A program made the position numbers and the translations under genes. DNA of 64,000 nt. Origin: Gammaproteobacteria bacterium (GTDB lineage: Bacteria; Pseudomonadota; Gammaproteobacteria; Steroidobacterales; Steroidobacteraceae). The notes under the pieces were generated by a model. It did not search any database. It was not told the origin of the DNA and was given only the letters and a program-made list of their open reading frames with translations. The stretch covers positions 35,705 through 99,704 of the forward strand of contig JAIBJM010000001.1 in NCBI GenBank assembly GCA_020029535.1, read 5' to 3'. Below, one piece after another: positions 60,001-64,000 of the stretch (position 1 is its first letter; each line of letters opens with the position of its first letter).

Positions 60001-60119
60001 GGTTACGGCAGCATACGCGCATTGGTGCCCGACGTACGCCGGGATCGCGTATCTGCTAACGTGATTCAATGGGTTGGCGAAAGTCTGGCAGACACCATGT
60101 TCCGCAGGAAATCCTGATC

Positions 60120-60341
60120 ATGACCTGCGACGTCTGCGAACTCGATATCGGGGCGGCCGACGAGCGCCGGCCGAAGGCCCATTTCGAAGTCAGTCGCGTG
60201 CCCAATCCCGGTGGCATCGAAAAGCAGGATCCGCGGGTCTACATCTGCTCAGCAGCCTGTCTGCGTGCCTTCGCTGCCACGACACCCGAGCCTGATCGTC
60301 GCGGTGCCGCACCGTCGCGGCGTGGACGCTCAGCCGCCTGA
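60120..60341 (+). CDS. Hypothetical 73-aa Cys-containing protein
   Basis: MTCDVCELD...YICSAACLRAF... may be a small zinc-binding fold. Arg-rich tail. No homology support. Confidence 0.3.
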   Translation: MTCDVCELDIGAADERRPKAHFEVSRVPNPGGIEKQDPRVYICSAACLRAFAATTPEPDRRGAAPSRRGRSAA

Positions 60342-60383
60342 TCGGCCTTCAGCATGTTGGGCGGGACACTGTATGCAGCAGAT

Positions 60384-60884
60384 TTATTGCATATAACGAG
60401 CGATGCCTGCGAACAGTCGCCAGACCCCCAGAAACAGCAGCCAGACAATCAGCGCGAACAGCAGCGCGAAGGCGAGACCGTCGAGGGACAGTGCGAACGT
60501 AGGCGTCCAGTCACCCCAGGTCGCACGGGCAATGTCCTGATCGATGTGCACGGCGAGCCAGGCAGCCTGATGGAAAAGGCTGCCGTGCAGCGCATCCACC
60601 ATGCCCTGTAACTGTTGGACCGTTGCGCGCAGCGCGGCAATTGCCGCGCCCTCAGCATGGAAGGTTGGATCGGTGCTGGCTAGGTGATACTGGATCAGGC
60701 GGTCCAGATTGCCGCCATGGAATTGATCGGCAATTCTTTGCCACGGCACCAGATCGAGTCTGGCCTGATCGAGTCGTCCGCCCAGCCGCTGGATGTACTG
60801 ATTGATGAAGCCCGGCACCAGCCCCCCGGCCACCACGGTGGCGACGAGAATGATCCGGTCCAGCAGTCCGCGGATCAATGCCAT
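60384..60884 (-). CDS. DUF2937 family membrane protein
   Basis: MALIRGLLDRIILVATVVAGGLVPGFINQYIQRLGGRLDQA... is the DUF2937 pattern. The longer ORF to 61106 is antisense to the speA 3' end. Confidence 0.68.
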   Translation of the reverse strand: MALIRGLLDRIILVATVVAGGLVPGFINQYIQRLGGRLDQARLDLVPWQRIADQFHGGNLDRLIQYHLASTDPTFHAEGAAIAALRATVQQLQGMVDALHGSLFHQAAWLAVHIDQDIARATWGDWTPTFALSLDGLAFALLFALIVWLLFLGVWRLFAGIARYMQ

Positions 60885-60904
60885 GGAGCTACCGTACTCC
60901 CCAT

Positions 60905-62854
60905 TCACGGTTCCAGGTAGGCGTAGCCGTCCAGCTCGGTCTCGTAGAAGCGCTTCAGCCCCTGGCTTTCCGCCACCGTCATGCGTCCATCGCGTACCGC
61001 GCGTTCGCAGTCGCGTGCCAGCGCCGGCGCCAGCTCGGCCACGTCGTACTCCATGTATTCCAGCACGCGGTTGGCGGTGTCGCCCTTGACGATTTCCTCG
61101 ATCCACCAGCCGCCTTCATCGTGCAGCTTGATATGCACCACATGCGTATCGCCGAACAGGTTGTGCAGGTCGCCCAGCGTCTCCTGATAGGCACCGACCA
61201 GAAAGGCTGCCAGGTAGTAGTCGTCGCTGTTGTTCAGCGCATGCAGTTCCAGCGTGCGCTTGGTTTCGCGGGTGCTGACGAAGTGATCGATCTTGCCGTC
61301 CGAGTCGCAGGTGATGTCGGCCAGCACGGCATTGCGCGTGGGCTGCTCATCGAGACGGTGGATGGGCATGATGGGAAATTGCTGGTCGATGGCCCAGCTG
61401 TCGGGCAGCGACTGGAACACCGAGAAATTGCAGAAGTAGGTGTCGGACAGTACGTCTTCGAGATCCGCCAGCTCTTCCGGCGGATGTTTCATGCGGCGGC
61501 AGCAGTCGCGAACGCGCGCGCAGGCCGACCAGTACAGCCGTTCGGCCAGCCCCCGGTGCTCCAGCGACAGCAGGCCGAGATGGAACATCTGCAGCATCTG
61601 CTCGCGGCCGGTCTGCGCATCGTGATAGCACTCCACCAGCCGGCGCTCATCCACATTGCGCCAGGCATCGTGGAGGTCGCGCACCGGCTGCGGCAGCGTG
61701 CGATCGCACGCTGCGCGTTCGGCTTCTTCGGCGCTGATGTTGAAGCGGTCCAGCGCCGAACTGCCCACGATATTGAAGATCAGCACGCTGTGATGCGCGG
61801 CCACCGCGCGGCCGGATTCGCTGACGATGATCGGATGCTCGATGCCGCGCGCACTGCAGACGCTGCCGACGCGGTACACCACGTCGCTGGCATATTCGTT
61901 CAGCGTGTAGTTCATCGACGACCCGTAGTTGGTGCCGGTGCCGTCGTAGTCCACGCCCAGCCCGCCGCCCACGTCGATGTACTGCAGCCCGGCGCCCATC
62001 AGCTTCAGCTCGGCGTAGGTATGCGCCAGCTCGTTGATGGCGTCCTTGACGCGGTGGATGTCCTGCAGCTGGCTGCCGGGATGGCAGTGCACCAGCTGCA
62101 GGCAGTCTTCCATGCCGCGTGCCTTCAGCGTGGCCAGCAATTCCAGGATCTCGGTGATGAACAGGCCGAACTTGGATTTCTCGCCGGCCGAATCGCGCCA
62201 GCGGCCCGAGCCTTCGCTGGACAGTTTGACGCGCACGCCGATGCGCGGCCGCACCCGGTGTGCCTCGGCGTGTTTGAGGATCAGCCCAAGTTCCGAGAAG
62301 TTCTCCACCACCGGAATGATGGTGCGGCCCAGTTTGGTGGCCAGGATCACGGCCTCGATGTAGCTCCCGTCCTTGAAGCCATTGCAGATGATCAGCCGTT
62401 CCGGCGAGTTTTCGCTCATGGCCATCACGGCCAGCAGCTCGGGCTTGGAGCCCACTTCCAGACCGAAGCCGAATTCCTTGCCGTAGCGGAACACTTCCTC
62501 GACCACCAGGCGCTGCTGGTTGACCTTGATCGGGAACACCGCGGTGTAGCGGCTGCGGTAGTCGTTCTCGGCGATGGCCCGGGCAAAGGCGTCGTGCAGA
62601 TGGCGCAGCCGGTGCGCCAGGATGTCGGAGAAGCGAATCACCACCGGCGCGGTCAGGTCGCGGGCCTGCAGGCCCTGGACTACCTCATGAAGGTCGATCT
62701 CGTGGGTCGGGCTGGTGTCGGGCCGCACCACCACATGGCCGGCCTCGTTGACCGCAAAGTAGCCTGAGCCCCAGGCGTTGACGTTGTACAGGTCGGCAGA
62801 ATCGTTGGCATTCCAGCCGTGGTTACCATTCCGTGTTCCCATGTCGGTGACCAT
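60905..62854 (-). CDS. speA: Biosynthetic arginine decarboxylase
   Basis: About 649 aa. ...SADLYNVNAWGSGYFAVNEAGHVVVRP..., the PLP-fold region ...FPIKVNQQ..., and HCHPGSQ. Confidence 0.92.
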   Translation of the reverse strand: MVTDMGTRNGNHGWNANDSADLYNVNAWGSGYFAVNEAGHVVVRPDTSPTHEIDLHEVVQGLQARDLTAPVVIRFSDILAHRLRHLHDAFARAIAENDYRSRYTAVFPIKVNQQRLVVEEVFRYGKEFGFGLEVGSKPELLAVMAMSENSPERLIICNGFKDGSYIEAVILATKLGRTIIPVVENFSELGLILKHAEAHRVRPRIGVRVKLSSEGSGRWRDSAGEKSKFGLFITEILELLATLKARGMEDCLQLVHCHPGSQLQDIHRVKDAINELAHTYAELKLMGAGLQYIDVGGGLGVDYDGTGTNYGSSMNYTLNEYASDVVYRVGSVCSARGIEHPIIVSESGRAVAAHHSVLIFNIVGSSALDRFNISAEEAERAACDRTLPQPVRDLHDAWRNVDERRLVECYHDAQTGREQMLQMFHLGLLSLEHRGLAERLYWSACARVRDCCRRMKHPPEELADLEDVLSDTYFCNFSVFQSLPDSWAIDQQFPIMPIHRLDEQPTRNAVLADITCDSDGKIDHFVSTRETKRTLELHALNNSDDYYLAAFLVGAYQETLGDLHNLFGDTHVVHIKLHDEGGWWIEEIVKGDTANRVLEYMEYDVAELAPALARDCERAVRDGRMTVAESQGLKRFYETELDGYAYLEP

Positions 62855-62938
62855 AGCAAAAGTCCGTTGCAAGTAAACGGCCGCTGCGGGCTGCGCAGCC
62901 AATCGCTACAATCGCCACGACTGGACGGACGGACACAG

Positions 62939-63610
62939 ATGGCCATCGATCTCTACTGGGGAAGCGGCAGTGCCTGGTGCTGGCGGGTGTTGCTCGCGCT
63001 CGAACACAAGGGCTTGGCCTACAACAGCCATCTGCTCAAGTTCGACCTGCAGGAGCACCAGGCGCCGCAGATGCTGGCGATGAATCCGCGCGGCAAGCTG
63101 CCGGTGCTCAAGGATGGCGACTACGTGGTATTCGAGTCGGTAGCCATCCTCTACTACCTGGACCGGAAGTATCCCGATCCGCCCATCTTCGGCGTCACGC
63201 CCGAAGAGGCCGGTGTCATCATGCGCGTGATCTGCGAGTACCAGTCCTACGCCGAGCCCAGCGCCATGAAGATTATCGACGCGCTGCTGCGCCGGCACGA
63301 GCCGCGCATCGGCGAGGATCTTGCCGAAGCCATGCACTGCGTGGCCGGCGAAGCGCGTACCATCGAGCGGCGCCTGACGCAGGGCGACTGGGTGGTGGGC
63401 GAGCGCTTCTCGGCCGTGGACATGGTGATCTACCCGGACATCCGGTTGCTGTTGCGGGCGCTGGCGCGTCCCGAAGCGCACGAGCTGGCTTCGCGTTTCC
63501 TGCCGCTGGAAGTGAATTACCCGGCGCTGGGTCGCTGGCTGCAGCGGGTCGCGGCACTGCCCGGACACGAGCGCACCTGGCCTCCGCATTGGCAGCACGC
63601 CAACGCCTAG
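62939..63610 (+). CDS. Glutathione S-transferase family protein
   Basis: Thioredoxin-like N-domain (...NPRGKLPVLKDGDYVVFESVAILYYL...) plus a helical C-domain. Confidence 0.82.
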   Translation: MAIDLYWGSGSAWCWRVLLALEHKGLAYNSHLLKFDLQEHQAPQMLAMNPRGKLPVLKDGDYVVFESVAILYYLDRKYPDPPIFGVTPEEAGVIMRVICEYQSYAEPSAMKIIDALLRRHEPRIGEDLAEAMHCVAGEARTIERRLTQGDWVVGERFSAVDMVIYPDIRLLLRALARPEAHELASRFLPLEVNYPALGRWLQRVAALPGHERTWPPHWQHANA

Positions 63611-63694
63611 AGAACCCCTGCACGGGTGCCCTGGCGGGTGGCGGGCGCCCCGCGCCGTTGCTACCCTTTCGCCCGCCATCAGTCCGGAAGCATC

Positions 63695-64000
63695 ATGAGC
63701 ACCCAACACATCGAGTTCGCAGGTCGCATCCTGTTTGTCGGTTTCGGCAGCATCGGTCAGGGTGTACTGCCGCTGATCCTCAAGCATGTGGGCATTACGC
63801 CGCAGCGTATCACCATCGTCACCGCCGACGATGTGGGCCGTGAAGAGGCCAGCCAGTACGGCATCAAGTTCGTCAAGCAGCCGCTGACCCGCGAGAACCA
63901 TCGTCGGGTGCTGGAGCCATTGCTGGGTCGTGGCGATTTCCTGCTCAATGTGTCGGTGGACGTGTCCAGCATTGCGCTGATCCGCTACTGCTGGGAGCGT
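63695..64000 (+). CDS. hss: Homospermidine synthase-like (saccharopine dehydrogenase fold), 3' end outside the window
   Basis: MSTQHIEFAGRILFVGFGSIGQGVLPLILKH... matches the N-terminal Rossmann region of bacterial homospermidine synthases (recall). The frame is open to the window end. Confidence 0.7.
   Translation, partial: MSTQHIEFAGRILFVGFGSIGQGVLPLILKHVGITPQRITIVTADDVGREEASQYGIKFVKQPLTRENHRRVLEPLLGRGDFLLNVSVDVSSIALIRYCWER

Noticed and set aside
60342-60383. Inverted repeat TATGCA-N10-TGCATA next to the DUF2937 stop.
   Set aside because: The arms are 6 bp and AT-containing with no U-tract on either strand. This is too weak to call a terminator or operator.

Overview
This is a 64-kb, high-GC chromosomal segment from a Gram-negative bacterium. 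A gammaproteobacterium of the Nevskiales/Xanthomonadales type is my guess from gene content only. I support about 62 protein genes. I found no rRNA, tRNA, CRISPR array, transposase or integrase.

Layout:
1. 0-11.9 kb: housekeeping and envelope genes. These are a spermidine-synthase-like gene tail, a DUF374 gene, an RhlE-like helicase, Fur-box-preceded feoAB plus a Cys-rich mini-gene, a TonB-dependent receptor, an EptA/MCR-family phosphoethanolamine transferase, an OmpA-TSP3 protein, a DUF192 protein and a lipoprotein.
2. 11.9-41 kb: a glycogen gene set (glgP ... glgB, glgC, GH57, malQ, glgA) split by a ~15.4-kb nitrogen block.
   - The block starts with ureG, which is translationally coupled to glgP.
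   - Next comes a minus-strand operon of two BiuH/TrtA-like cysteine hydrolases, an AtzH-like protein and a permease.
   - Divergent from it is a 12-gene array: porin-urtABCDE-ureDABCEF.
   - The two divergent units are driven by a pair of near-identical inverted sigma54 (-24/-12) promoters.
3. 41-49.8 kb: a compositionally patchy accessory stretch.
   - Genes are UPF0182, DUF6152, a 1019-aa ELWxxDGT-repeat protein with a GlyGly-CTERM-like tail, and two secreted proteins.
   - The DUF6152/ELW pair is bracketed by 41-nt direct repeats.
   - The stretch also carries gene relics (cytochrome-P450-like, possibly PEPC-like).
4. 49.9-55.8 kb: six tightly coupled genes (M32 carboxypeptidase, ttcA, a PTP-ADP-ribosylglycohydrolase fusion, a Ddl-like ATP-grasp, a CpcT-like lipoprotein, DUF2721). 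They converge on a NudF-like ADP-ribose pyrophosphatase.
5. 56.7-64 kb: a UvrD-like helicase, an unlisted 39-aa Lys-rich ORF, a desaturase, DUF2937, speA, a GST and the start of a homospermidine synthase.

The best candidates for something new are the sigma54-wired hydrolase/AtzH-like module feeding urease, the six-gene carboxypeptidase/ARH/ATP-grasp operon, and the repeat-bracketed DUF6152/ELWxxDGT islet.

All family calls rest on motifs read by eye and on recall. No database search was possible.
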